Assembly (NCBI GenBank): GCA_951406725.2
Contig: OX597827.1
Location: 18,910,001 to 18,974,000 of the forward strand
Reading direction: 5' to 3'
Source: Octopus vulgaris
Lineage: Eukaryota
DNA: 64,000 nucleotides
Shown here: positions 52,260-64,000 of the stretch, in pieces
Layout of the letters: the number at the start of each line of letters is the position of its first letter
Position numbering within the stretch: the stretch's first letter is position 1
Program-made: the position numbers and the translations under genes
The notes under the pieces: generated by a model
What the model was told of the DNA's origin: nothing
Databases searched by the model: none
What the model saw: only the letters and a program-made list of their open reading frames with translations

Positions 52260-53912
52260 TCTCTTATTATAAAAGGCAGATTTTATCTGCCTCCCTTTGT
52301 AACTTATAGAAATCTACAATATAGGATTTCTTCAATTACAATTTACCTAGCATTTTTAAGAGTACAATGCATCGCGTCATGCCAGGTCCAGTTTTTAAAA
52401 TTTAAACTCCAGTTAAGCAAAATTTACAGAAAACTCACATTCTGGTGTGTATGTCAAATGCTTTTCTTAATGTGGTTTACACCACACGCACACGCACACA
52501 CACAGTGTGCAACGAATAAAATGAAAGTAAATAGCGACAGAGTGATTTGAGGAAGACTAAACTGAAAGTATTTAAACCACTACTCAAAAAATAAAAAAAC
52601 ACAGCAAACAGAAACAAATAAATACATAACGATTTACTCCTCACACAATTTCTTCAATTAGAGTTTACCTAAGATTTTTCAAAGTACTCCATTCGGTCAT
52701 GCCATAATATATTTCTTTCAATTTCACCCCCAATTAAGACAAAATTCGAGAAAACTCAATATTTTAACATTTCACTCCGAAAGCATTGATGTACATGTGT
52801 GCGTGCGTGAGTGTGTGTGTGTGTGTGTTTGATGGGCTGTGCGACACAGAAAGTGTGGTGTGTAAGTGAAGTGCTTTTGTTAGTGTGTGTAAAGAGACAG
52901 ACAGAGTGAAAGACAGAAATAACTGAACTTTTTTTATTCACTTTTTGTAGTGAGTGACTGAGAGAGAAAAGAGAGAGAGGGGTTATGTATGTATTTATGT
53001 ATGTATGGCTTCAGTGACACACACACACAAAAACACATACCTACGTACACCTAAAGCACGCACACACACAAGCGGAGCGCGAACTTCAAAATTTTGGTAG
53101 TATTAATTTGCGAGCGTACTTCTAAGCGCGCGTAATTGAAAGTTTTCACTATGATATCATCACGTGCGAAAAAATTCGAAGGGTTTTGAACAATTGAGAT
53201 ACAGATGTCACGCCTGTATTGAAACCATTGCTAAGCTGCCGTAATTGCTTAATTAAGACTTTGTTTAAATTGAAAGGGGCAAATATGTGACGAGGTTGAA
53301 AAAAAATACCCCAGAAAAAAAAATGTACTGCTGGTATTTATATAATTCACTACTATTTTGCTACAATGTCATGAAAAAGAAAAAAATTAGGTATGTAAAT
53401 CGAATTCGCCACCCCCTTTTCCCCGTTCGCGTTTGTGTAAAAGAAATTATTATTTAAGTTTTAAAAATTATTTACTTTGTTCAAAAAATATTAATATTAA
53501 TTAATTTTCAAGAATTATTTAATTTTATTCTGTAAAATAGTAATTAATTCATTTATCTGTAAATCCGCGAGGTTGTTACTCAGGCACCTAGAATGGTAAC
53601 CTTCAACTAACACTATCTCCTCCGAGACCCTGCGGCGCAAGTTGACCAAAATTGAGAGTATGGTAGAAGAAGGGTTGCTCTTCCTTCCGTAGAACATAAA
53701 ATTCAAATCGGACCATGTTAACACCAAAAATTATTTACATCAAAAAGATGCTTTTTTCTATGAAAATCCCTATTTTTTACGATTTTTTCACTGCTGTGTC
53801 GCCACTTTTCGGTGTATTTCGACCAGAAAAATGTTCACAAAATTTTTACTTTTCAAAATTACAATTCCAGCGGGTCGAAACAAACCCGAGCAACGCTGGG
53901 CGATACTGCTAG
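52260..53912 (+). mobile_element. Non-autonomous Helitron (about 1.65 kb)
   Basis: A|TCTCTTATTATAAAAGGCAG...CCCGAGCAACGCTGGGCGATACTGCTAG|T. Confidence 0.82.
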
Positions 53913-53969
53913 TATATATATATAAATATCTATATACTGGTACTTATGTATTTATCTTCTGAATATACT

Positions 53970-54033
<64 letters not shown>

Positions 54034-54035
54034 AC

Positions 54036-54072
<37 letters not shown>

Positions 54073-54160
54073 TTATTTGAGGGAAAAAAATCCAAACTTA
54101 CAAGGAAAAAGAATTCAATTTAGAAATACTAAATCAAATTCCACACAATATAATATATAT

Positions 54161-54493
54161 ATAAAGTATTAGAAAAAAAAACACTTTTTATCACTTCAAA
54201 ATGAATAATTAAATTACACCATCTAGAAAATTACATATAATAGAAAAGTTAAAATTAAAATAACAATTAAAAAGTAAAGATTAAGTAAATTACAAAAATA
54301 ATATAATGTATATAATAGGTATATAATGTATATAATATAATGTAAATAATACCTATTATATACATTATTTTTGTAATTTACTTAATCTTTACTTTTTATT
54401 GTTATTTTAATTTTAAGTTTTCTATTATATGTAATTTTCTAGATGGTGTAATTTAATTATTCATTTTGAATTGATAAAAGGTGTTTTTTTCTA

Positions 54494-54502
<9 letters not shown>
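54161..54502. repeat. Long AT-rich inverted repeat (arms about 155-160 bp, spacer about 28 bp)
   Basis: 54161-54321 is close to the reverse complement of 54350-54502. Confidence 0.88.
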
Positions 54503-54562
<60 letters not shown>

Positions 54563-54884
54563 ATTAATAAATAAATAAATTAAATAATAATAAATATATA
54601 TATATATTTAAAAATTTATAAGTATAAATTATTAATTTAAATAATTTTTTAAATTTTAACTTTAATTTAAATATTTAAAATTTTGAATTTTATATTTTAT
54701 ATATTTTTTATTAACTAATTTTATTTCTATGTATTGGTTTATGATTTTCACTGTTTGATTTGCCTATTAATGGTTTTATCTCTAATTTAATATAATATAT
54801 ATATATATTTATAATATAAAATTAGATTTAATCCTAAATCTAATTTTTCCCTGTAAGTTTGGATTTACTCCCTAATATTATTAT

Positions 54885-54942
<58 letters not shown>

Positions 54943-55221
54943 ATATGTATATGTATATGTATGTATGTATATAACATGATGCATTGGTAAATACATATAT
55001 ATGTAATAATGTCTATTGAAGTAGAAAACATTCTATCAAGCTACACACACATGTATATCATAAATACTCTTATGTATAAACATGGCAGATAACGTCACTG
55101 CGATTAACTCCTATTACCACGACCACCACCACGACTACCACCACCAACGCTGGTACCATTACATCAACACCACCATGCATTCGCATTTTTATACAATTGT
55201 ATTTACCCATTCACACGAACC

Positions 55222-55259
<38 letters not shown>

Positions 55260-55669
55260 AGTATGTATGTGTGTTCTTGGCAATAAGTGCACTCCCTCCA
55301 TTTGTGGTTTTCTTTTTCGTTTCGTTTCGTTTTGTCTTGTTTTGTTTTGTTTGTTTTTCGGTCTATTTCCTTCCGTCGGCTTATAGGAAAACGATACCTT
55401 GTTTCGCCTCTTCATGCGAAAATTACGATGGTCTGAGATACTATAAATAGTGTTACAAGCGTGTTTAAACTTTTCGAGTTTCCTTCTCGACCGATGTGTA
55501 CGGTAAGCGTAAGAAACATTACTTAATGCACGCAGCAATTTTAATTGCGTATGTGTTGTAACATAATCCAGTGGAGATTGAGTTGTCTTACAGTACATCT
55601 AAATGTATAACCGCACACGAATTCATATACGAAACGGGTCTATGAAAATCAAATCTGGTGGATACCACC

Positions 55670-55902
55670 TATTTCTTTATTACCCACAAGGGGATAAACA
55701 TAGAGGGGACAAACAAGGACAGACATAGGCATTAAGTCGATTACATCGACCCCAGTGCGTAACCAGTACTTTAATTTATCGACCCCGAAAGGATGAAAGG
55801 CGAAGTCGACCTCTGCGGAATTTGAACTCAGAACGTAACGGCAGACGAAATACCGCAAAGCATTTCGCCCGGCGTGCTAACGTTTCTGCCAGCTCGCCGC
55901 TT
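55670..55902 (-). mobile_element. SINE family B
   Basis: 16-bp TSD TCTGGTGGATACCACC (55654-55669 and 55903-55918). Confidence 0.92.
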
Positions 55903-55982
55903 TCTGGTGGATACCACCATCAACTCCGAATTATTGTCGAAGACGATATATTTAAAACTATTTCACTTTGATCTTAGCCAAA

Positions 55983-56920
55983 AGGCCGAGCTGGCAGAAT
56001 CGTTAGCACGCCAGGCGAAATGCGTAGCCGTATTTCGTCTGCCGTTATGTTCTGGGTTCAAATTCCGCCGAGGTCGACTTTGCCTTTCATCCTATCGGGG
56101 TCGATAAGTTAAGTACCAGTTACACACTGGGATCGATGTAATCGACTTAATCCGTTTGTCCGTCCTTGTTTGTCTCCTCTATGTTTAGCCCCTTGTGGAC
56201 AATAAAGAAATATATTTAAAATTATTTGATGATATACATATGGCGACGAGCTGACAGAACCGTTAGAGCATCGAAAAATTTGCTCCAGCTTGACCTTTTT
56301 TCTAAATCTCTAGTATTCAGATATTCTACCAAATGTGATGCTTATATATTCTCATTGTTTTGAATTAACCATGTATTATCTTGTGACTTTAAGATTTCGA
56401 TGATGTGATTGCTTATTTTTAGAATGACACTGTAGGTAATGTGTGAGATGTTAGATCTGGCCAATTTGAACATACAAGAAGCAGAATATTTGGGTCAGAA
56501 GTCGGTGAGCTGGCAGAAACGTTAACACGCCGGGCGAAATGCTTAGCGGTATTTCGTCTGCCGTTACGTTCTGAGATCAAATTCCACCGAGGTCGACTTT
56601 GCCTTTCATCCTTTCGGGGTCGATTAAATAAGTACCAGTTACGCACTGGGCTCGATATAATGGACTTAATCCGTTTGTCTGTCCTAGTTTGCCCCCTCTG
56701 TGTTTAGCCCCTTGTGGGCAGTAAAGAAATAAGAAGCGTTAGCACGCCGGGTGAAATGCTTCGACTGCTTTTACGTCCTGAGTTCAAATTCCGCCGAGGT
56801 TGACTTTGCCTTTCATCCTTACAGGGTTGATAAATTAAGTACCAGTTGCGTACTGTGGTTGATCTAATTGACTAGCCCCTCCCCCCAAATTTAAGGCCTT
56901 GTACTTAGAGTAGAAAAGAA
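55983..56920 (+). mobile_element. SINE family B copies (55983-56211; 56502-56730; 56735-56920) interleaved with an older repeat
   Basis: Family B motifs; AGAATATTTGGG duplicated around 56502-56920. Confidence 0.82.
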
Positions 56921-57375
56921 TATTTGGGCAGCTTGTGGCCCGGTTGCATGTAACCGGGCCACAACTTTATTTCGTAACCCTTCGGGATTTAAGAATAAAT
57001 GAAATACCAAGTCAACTACAAGAATCGGTGGTAACCCTCGCCCTTCCAAATTGTTGGCTTTGTATCCTAAATCAGAAACGAAGGCGACTAGAAGGCAGAA
57101 TCGGTACATTCCGAGTTCAAATTCCTCTGGCATCAACTTTGCTTTTCCTCCTTTCGAGGTTAATAAAATGAAATACCAGTCAAGCACTGGGTTCAATGGT
57201 ACCGATTGACTCCCTCCCCTCAAAACTGCTAGTCACTTTAAATGTACTAAAATAATATACGAGGTGGTTTTTATGACCGGAGATTTAATTTCAAAGTGTT
57301 AAGGTGTCATAGCGAGGACAGGTGTCATAGTGAAAACTTAGCGATTAAAAAAGTAGGAGAAAACTTTTCAAACAA

Positions 57376-57779
57376 GGCGCAGGAGTGGCTGTGTGGTAAG
57401 TAGCTTGCTTACCAACCACATGGTTCCGGGTTCAGTCCCACTGCGTGGCACCTTGGACAAGTGTCTTCTACTATACCCTCGGGCCGACCGAAGCCTTGTG
57501 AGTGGATTTGGTAGACGGAAACTGAAAGAAGCCCGTCATATATATGCATATGTATATATATGTGTGTGTTTGTGTGTCTGTGTTTGTCCCCCCAACATCG
57601 CTTGACAACCGATAATGGTGTGTTTACATCCCCGTAACCAAACGGTTCGGCAAAACAGACCGATAGAATAAGTACTAGGCTTACAAAGAATAAGCCCTGT
57701 GGTCGATTTGCTCGACTAAAGGCGGTGCTCCAGCATGGCCACAGTCAAATGATTGAAACGAGTAAAAGAGTAAAAGAGT
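57376..57779 (+). mobile_element. SINE family A
   Basis: Full length with an (AGTAAAAG)n tail. Confidence 0.92.
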
Positions 57780-58754
57780 TTATCGTTTATTATTGTTTAT
57801 ATTTTGAATTACGTTTATATAAGGGGAGGGCACCAAAATCTTGTAAGTACTTAGGGCGTTTGAGGGTCTTAATCCGGCTCTGACTACAGACAGGGCGGCT
57901 AACTGGCAGAACTGTGAGAAATTCGGAAAAATTCCTTTGTTGTATTTGTTGGGGCATTTTTACATTCCGAGTTCAAATCTCGCCGAGGTCGGTTTTTCTT
58001 TTATCATTTCGGGATCGATAAAATAAAGTATCAATGTAGTACTAGGGTTTATGGTATCGATTATTTCCATTCCCTCAGATTTAATGGCCTTGTGCTTAAA
58101 TTATAAACAATATTGAGAAATACACAAAGTAAACGAGTTTGAAGAATCATCAGAGAATTGTAAAAAGACGTTTTGCTATTTTTGTCATGGCTCTCCTTAC
58201 GCTCTGAGCTCACATTTCTATGAGGTCAACTCTGTTTTTCATTCTTTCGGGATTTATAAAGAAAAGTACCACTCAAATACTAAGGCCTATGGTATCGATT
58301 ACTCCAACCCTCTCAAAATTGCTGGCCTAATTCAGAAACTCACTCGTATGAGATAAAATATTTTTATTAGAAATTACACAAACATTCTTATTTCTTTATT
58401 GCCAACAAGGGGCTAAACATAGAGGGGCAAACAAGGACAGACAAAGGGATTAAGTCGATTACATCGACGCCAGTGCGTAACTGGTACTTATTTAATCGAC
58501 CACGAAAGTATGAAAGGGAGGCGTTTTAAGGTCCCCGTGGAAAAGCCCAGAAAAACCATGGTTGCCTGCTCAACTGGGCCCTTCTTTAATTCCTTTTTTA
58601 TAGGTGCACGCTCAGAATTGGTCCTATCATACTGGCCATTCTTCCAACATTCACCCAACTTTCAACAAAGTTGCTACAAAGTAATATTTCCCTCTCCGCC
58701 CTCAACTTCCCTCAACTTCCCTCTTTTGGCCGGGTGGGGCAGTCAATTTTTATT

Positions 58755-59389
<635 letters not shown>

Positions 59390-59623
59390 TGTGTTCAAAA
59401 GTGCAGTAGCAATATAAAGCATATAAAAATATATTAACAGTCATTTAATATAATTAATATTTAGTATTGATATCAAAAGCAAATAACAATCAATGTTGTA
59501 GCACAACAATAATCGTCTGGCGATGTAGTCAAGCCTTACATCCAACACATATAACGAAGTTTAGAGGCAGAGGGTAAAGTAGGCCATTTTGATAACGAAA
59601 TATTTGCTATTTATTGAATAATA

Positions 59624-60050
59624 GCATCTTTTCGGTTTGAACGGCAGTTTTTAACATAATTTCTAGGTAACTAAAAAATTTTAAAACTTCGTATACTGGT
59701 AGAATGTGTTTATAAAACATCTTTTTCTCTTGGCTTTATTGAGAAAATTCTATAGTTTGTAAGATATTTGTTGTTTTTTTGTCTTCAATTTCTGCAATTT
59801 CAACCAATCACTGACATCTATTGAGGTAAAAAAAAACATTCTGTGCCGTATGAATATGTCCCTCGTCTAAGAAACAGATTGGGTTTATTTACATTTATGA
59901 AGAAAAAAAAGATACCCTTCCCCCACCCCTAACCCTAACCCTAACCCTAAAACAGATTGAAATGCAATAGATCGATACTAGGGTCATAATTATGGGTGAC
60001 AATTTCATATGAAACCGCTAGAAAAACTGCCGTTCAAACCGAAAATATCC
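59624..60050 (-). mobile_element. Merlin-like MITE
   Basis: TIRs each with one change; perfect 8-bp TSD GAATAATA; internal (CCCTAA)3. Confidence 0.9.
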
Positions 60051-60377
60051 GAATAATACGTTAAACAAGAATAGCATTTTTATAATGTAATCTAAAATCA
60101 TGTACTTTCTATGTAGACAGAGGCATGGGCTGTGGAGGTTGAGAAGTTAGTTTTGCACCCACGCAGTTTCGGGTTCACTTTCACTACGTGACATTTTACT
60201 AAGTGTCAGCTGTCTAATACCTTGTTAGTAAATTTAGTGGACAAAATCTTTGTGGAAACTTGTCATAATTGTGTGTTCGTGCGTACGTGTCTTTGTGTTT
60301 GTCCTCCTACCACTTGAGAATTGAGGTTGGGTTATATATATATAATGCATATATATACATATACACTCTTATATATA

Positions 60378-60707
60378 TATTTAATTTTTTTAAATTTAAT
60401 ATTTATTGGCTCAAAAAGCAAAAACAAGGCCATGTAGGCGGACATGGAGTTATGTGCAGGGAGGGTGGTCATACAAAGCGTTCAGGCCATTTCTGGTCAA
60501 GAGAGACTTTGAACCGAGCGGTCGTCGGCATCTTCACTATCTCGTCCGGCAGCTTATTCCACGGATCTGCAACCCGGGCGGAGAAAGCCCCTCTTCTTCG
60601 ATTGAGATGAAATCGTCATAGATAGAGCTTTTCGGAGTGACCCCGCAGCCCACGCTCTGCAGCAGGAGTGAAGAACAGCTCTTTCGAGAGGTTACACTTT
60701 CCGCTTA

Positions 60708-60710
<3 letters not shown>
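60378..60710 (-). mobile_element. CR1-like LINE 3' end
   Basis: LRGHSEKLY...RRRGAFSARVADPWNKLPDEIV; same family as 8381-8612. Confidence 0.85.
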
Positions 60711-60764
<54 letters not shown>

Positions 60765-60771
<7 letters not shown>

Positions 60772-61029
60772 ATCACGTGACCGACCAGGCCATCAGATGT
60801 TGCTATACATCGCTAGTCATTGTTTTAGCCTTCAATGACGTCACCCCGCTGGCTAAGCGAGCAGGCCAATAGAAGAAAGAGTTAGAGAAAGAGTACAGCA
60901 GGGATCCCCACCCCCGGAGCTACGTGGAGCTTTAGGTGTTTTCGCTCAATAAATGCTCACAACGCCCGGTCTGGGAATCGAAACCGCGATCCTACGACCG
61001 CTGCCCTAACCACTGGGCCATTGTGCCAC
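60765..61029 (-). mobile_element. SINE family C (tail type iii)
   Basis: Family C head and core with tail GGCCTGCTCGCTTAGCCAGCGGGG...GGTCACGTGATCACGTGA. Confidence 0.82.
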
Positions 61030-61049
61030 CATATATCTATGTATATATC

Positions 61050-61143
<94 letters not shown>

Positions 61144-61351
61144 GATAAATCTCAGAGCAAGTTATAAACAGTAGCGGTAACACATCGTGTTGCATATTTG
61201 CCATTTGAATATGGCTAACCCATAAGGGTGGATGCTACTGTAGTTTGTAGCCCCAGGAAGATATCTCCTCCAGTTGGCTATAGACACACTATCTGTGTCC
61301 TGTCAGTATTTGTGAAGGGGAGTCATCCTCCCCTGTCTTCAACACATGATA

Positions 61352-61396
61352 CACACGTACCCGAGTTTCAAGGTGTTTACCTTTCATCAGCGTGTG
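61352..61396 (-). ncRNA. Minimal type-I hammerhead ribozyme, canonical core
   Basis: Minus strand cacacg-CUGAUGA-AAGGU aaac ACCUU-GAAAC-UCGG-GUA-cgugug: 6-bp stem I, 5-bp stem II, intact CUGAUGA and GAAA boxes. Confidence 0.85.
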
Positions 61397-61636
61397 ACAA
61401 TCATGGTTGTCGAGATATCTTCCTGGGGCTACAAACTACAGTAGCGTCCACCCTTATGGGTTAGCCATATTCAAATGGCAAATATGCAACACGATGCGTT
61501 ACCGCTACTGTTTATAACTCGCTCTGAGATTTATCATTGTTTGATTTCACTTTTTCATTATCAGTGTCAAATCGACACTGGAAAAAGTATATGTATTTGT
61601 GAAGGGATCTGACTTCTCGTCGACAACCATGATTGT

Positions 61637-61681
61637 CACACACTGATGAAAGGTAAACACCTTGAAACTCGGGTACGTGTG
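61637..61681 (+). ncRNA. Second copy of the same hammerhead ribozyme (one stem I mismatch)
   Basis: cacaca-CUGAUGA-AAGGU aaac ACCUU-GAAAC-UCGG-GUA-cgugug. Confidence 0.78.
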
Positions 61682-61870
61682 TATCATGTGTTGAAGACGG
61701 GGAGGATGACTCCCCTTCTCAAATACTGACAGGACACAGATAGTGTGTCTATAGCCAACTGGAGGAGATATCTTCCTGGGGCTACAAACTACAGTAGCAT
61801 CCACCCTTATGGGTTAGCCATATTCAAATGGCAAATATGCAACACTATATATATATATATATATATATAT

Positions 61871-64000
61871 ACTCTGAAGTTAGGCAAATGCTCTACATCA
61901 GATAGAGCAGCGCCAGAACTGCTCTTTAATCTAATGGATGAATACTTTCTGACCCAGCTAGTGCTCGAACCAACGAGACAGAATAAAACGATCTTGGATC
62001 TGGTATTGACCAATCACTCTAGCTTCGTTCACAGTATTTCAGTTGAAAAGACTCTCCCCTCAGACCACGCCATAGTACTCTGCAATTTTAATTCCCGTCA
62101 TATAAAAACCAAACCAGCCAATCCCACTCCATGGCACTCATTTGACAACATAAACTTCCACAAAGCGAACTGGGGAGCAATCAGAAAGGATCTGTCTTTC
62201 ATCGACTGGTCTTTTACTCTCAATTCCACCCATATTGAGACCGCATGGCAGCACTTTGAAAACATTGTCACCTATACATGCTCTAAACACGCTCCCACGA
62301 AATCTACTAACACAAATAGAAACCGGCTCCCTAAAAAGAAAAAAACTCTCATCAGGCGCATCAAAAGACTCAACAAAAAAATTAACCAATTAAAATATTC
62401 CCACATACAACATCCACATTCAACAACAATGAAAATGCTAGAGCTGGAAAAACTTCATCTGCAGACCGACATGAAAACCAAAGAGCTGTGGAGGAACAGT
62501 GGGTAATCAAAAACATCAAACAGAACCCAAAAGTGTTCTATTCTTATGCAAATAAGCATAGAACCACTGTCTCACCCATTGGGCCATTGATTGATGATAA
62601 CGTCATTCAACAACACGATGCTAAAGAAATGGCAGAAATACTGCAGAAACAATACTGCTCTGTCTTTAGTGTTCCCACTGATATTGACGTAAGAGAAGCG
62701 AATGAAGTTGACTCTCAACATTAAATCTCAGACATAACCTTCACTGCCACTGACATCATAGCAGCAATAAATGAGGTCAAATACTACTCTGCTGTAGGCC
62801 CTGATAGATTCCCCGTTAGTCTCCTGAAGGAATGTAGACACCAACTTGCAGTCCCTCTGACCAACCTCCGGAGAAATTCGTTAGACGCAGGTTATATACC
62901 GAAACAGTTTCTATCCCAGTCAGTCATCCCGGTTTTCAAACAGGGAAACAGATCCCTCGCACTCAACTATCGCCCAATCTCACTCACCTCCCACATCATC
63001 AAAGTGTTTGAAAGAGTGTTAAGATCAAGGATAGCTGACTTCCTGGAGACCCACAAACTCCTAAATGCAAATCAGCATGGCTTTCGCTGTGGCAGGGACT
63101 GTCTAACACAGCTCTTACACCACATTGAAGATGTACTCAAAGCCTTGGGAACAGGTTCGAACTCTGATGTCATATACCTTGACTTCAGTAAAGCGTCCGA
63201 CAGGGTAGACCATAATATCCTACTCTCAAAATTGGCAAATGTTGGAATCCGTGGAAAAGTTCTACACTGGATCAAGTATTTCCCGGCGAATAGAACACAA
63301 CATGTTGTAGTTGATGGAGTCCACTCAAGCCCAGCAAAAATCACCAGCGGTGTCCCCCAGGGGACTGTCTTGGGTCCGCTACTCTTCATAATCTACATAA
63401 ACGACCTTTCCAGTGTCGTACATTACTGCAAAGTGAAAATATTTGCTGATGACACTAAGCTCCAGCAAATCGTCAATGAAGAAGCAGACCGAACTCAACT
63501 CCAGTCTGATCTATATGCTGTGAGTCAATGGGCAGACAAACAAAATGCAACTGAACGAGGGAAAATTTGAGCTGATGCATTTTGGAAGAAATTCCTCACT
63601 AAAACAGCCATACTCTCTTCCTTCAGGGGAACCGCTCACAGCCTCTAACAATATCAGAGACCTGGGTGTAATTGTTGATGACGATCTCAGTTGGAATGCA
63701 CACATCAACAAGAAGGTCGATATAACTCGTAGGATGAGTTCCTGGATCTTAAGAACTTTCCGGTCCAGAGAACAATGTGTCATCATACCACTTTTCTCCT
63801 CCTTTGTACGGCCACACCTTGAATACTGCTGCCCACTGTGGTCTCCTCACACAAGACAAAACATCTCGAAGATTGAATCACCCCAGAGAGCACTCACTAA
63901 ACGAATTGAAGGCGTGGCTGCTCTCGATTATTGGGATCGCCTTAAAGCCTTGAAACTCTACTCTCTCCAGCGTCGCCGTGAGCGGTACATCATTTGTACG
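61871..64000 (+). mobile_element. CR1-like LINE ORF2 pseudogene (APE C-terminus plus RT), 5'-truncated, continues beyond the window
   Basis: FLTQLVLEPTR..ILDLVLTN..SDH, NYRPISLTSHIIKVFER, QHGF, DVIYLDFSKASDRVDH, SGVPQGTVLGPLLFIIYINDL and FADDTK, with frameshifts and stops between ORF-track segments. Confidence 0.93.

Larger units (their letters stand above)
61141..61846 (+). mobile_element. Retrozyme-like / PLE pseudo-LTR element: 353-nt tandem monomer with a 5' inverted partial copy, in (TA)n
   Basis: GAGATATCTTCCTGGGG starts at 61412 and 61765. 61141-61267 is the reverse complement of 61412-61538, and 61268-61412 is the reverse complement of about 61621-61764. Two HHR motifs; no credible ORF. 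Confidence 0.8.

Noticed and set aside
59926-59950. Telomere or chromosome-fusion remnant (CCCTAA)3
   Set aside because: It is internal to a MITE with TIRs and a TSD and recurs at the same position in other copies.
61228-61804. Two similar ORFs MDATVVCSPRK... (61228-61464 + and 61547-61804 -) as a duplicated small gene
   Set aside because: They arise from the inverted duplication, run antisense to the ribozyme, start at GTG and diverge at the junction.

Overview
Repeat-saturated, AT-rich, non-coding eukaryotic DNA, most consistent with an Octopus/cephalopod genome (inferred from the SINE families and microsatellite load). No intact host protein-coding gene is recognisable, and almost all ORF-track entries are microsatellite or SINE translations. 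The window holds dozens of tRNA-headed SINE copies in three families and fragments of five retroelement types: a Neptune-type Penelope-like element, R4/Dong, CR1-like, RTE-BovB-like and an old RTE. It also holds mariner and maT/Tc1-type remnants, five Merlin-like MITEs (four with 8-bp TSDs, one of them imperfect), five Helitrons (one with a RepHel N-terminal remnant) and a 34-bp satellite derived from a SINE segment. The most notable signal is a set of short, non-coding elements, mostly embedded in (TA)n, that carry minimal type-I hammerhead ribozyme (HHR) motifs from at least five different sequence families. The best example (61141-61846) is a 353-nt tandem monomer with a 5' inverted partial copy and a canonical HHR. 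A divergent homologue at about 22.2-22.5 kb shows base-pair covariation. Together these suggest a retrozyme/Penelope-pLTR-like system. All calls were made by eye; coordinates of degenerate repeats are approximate.
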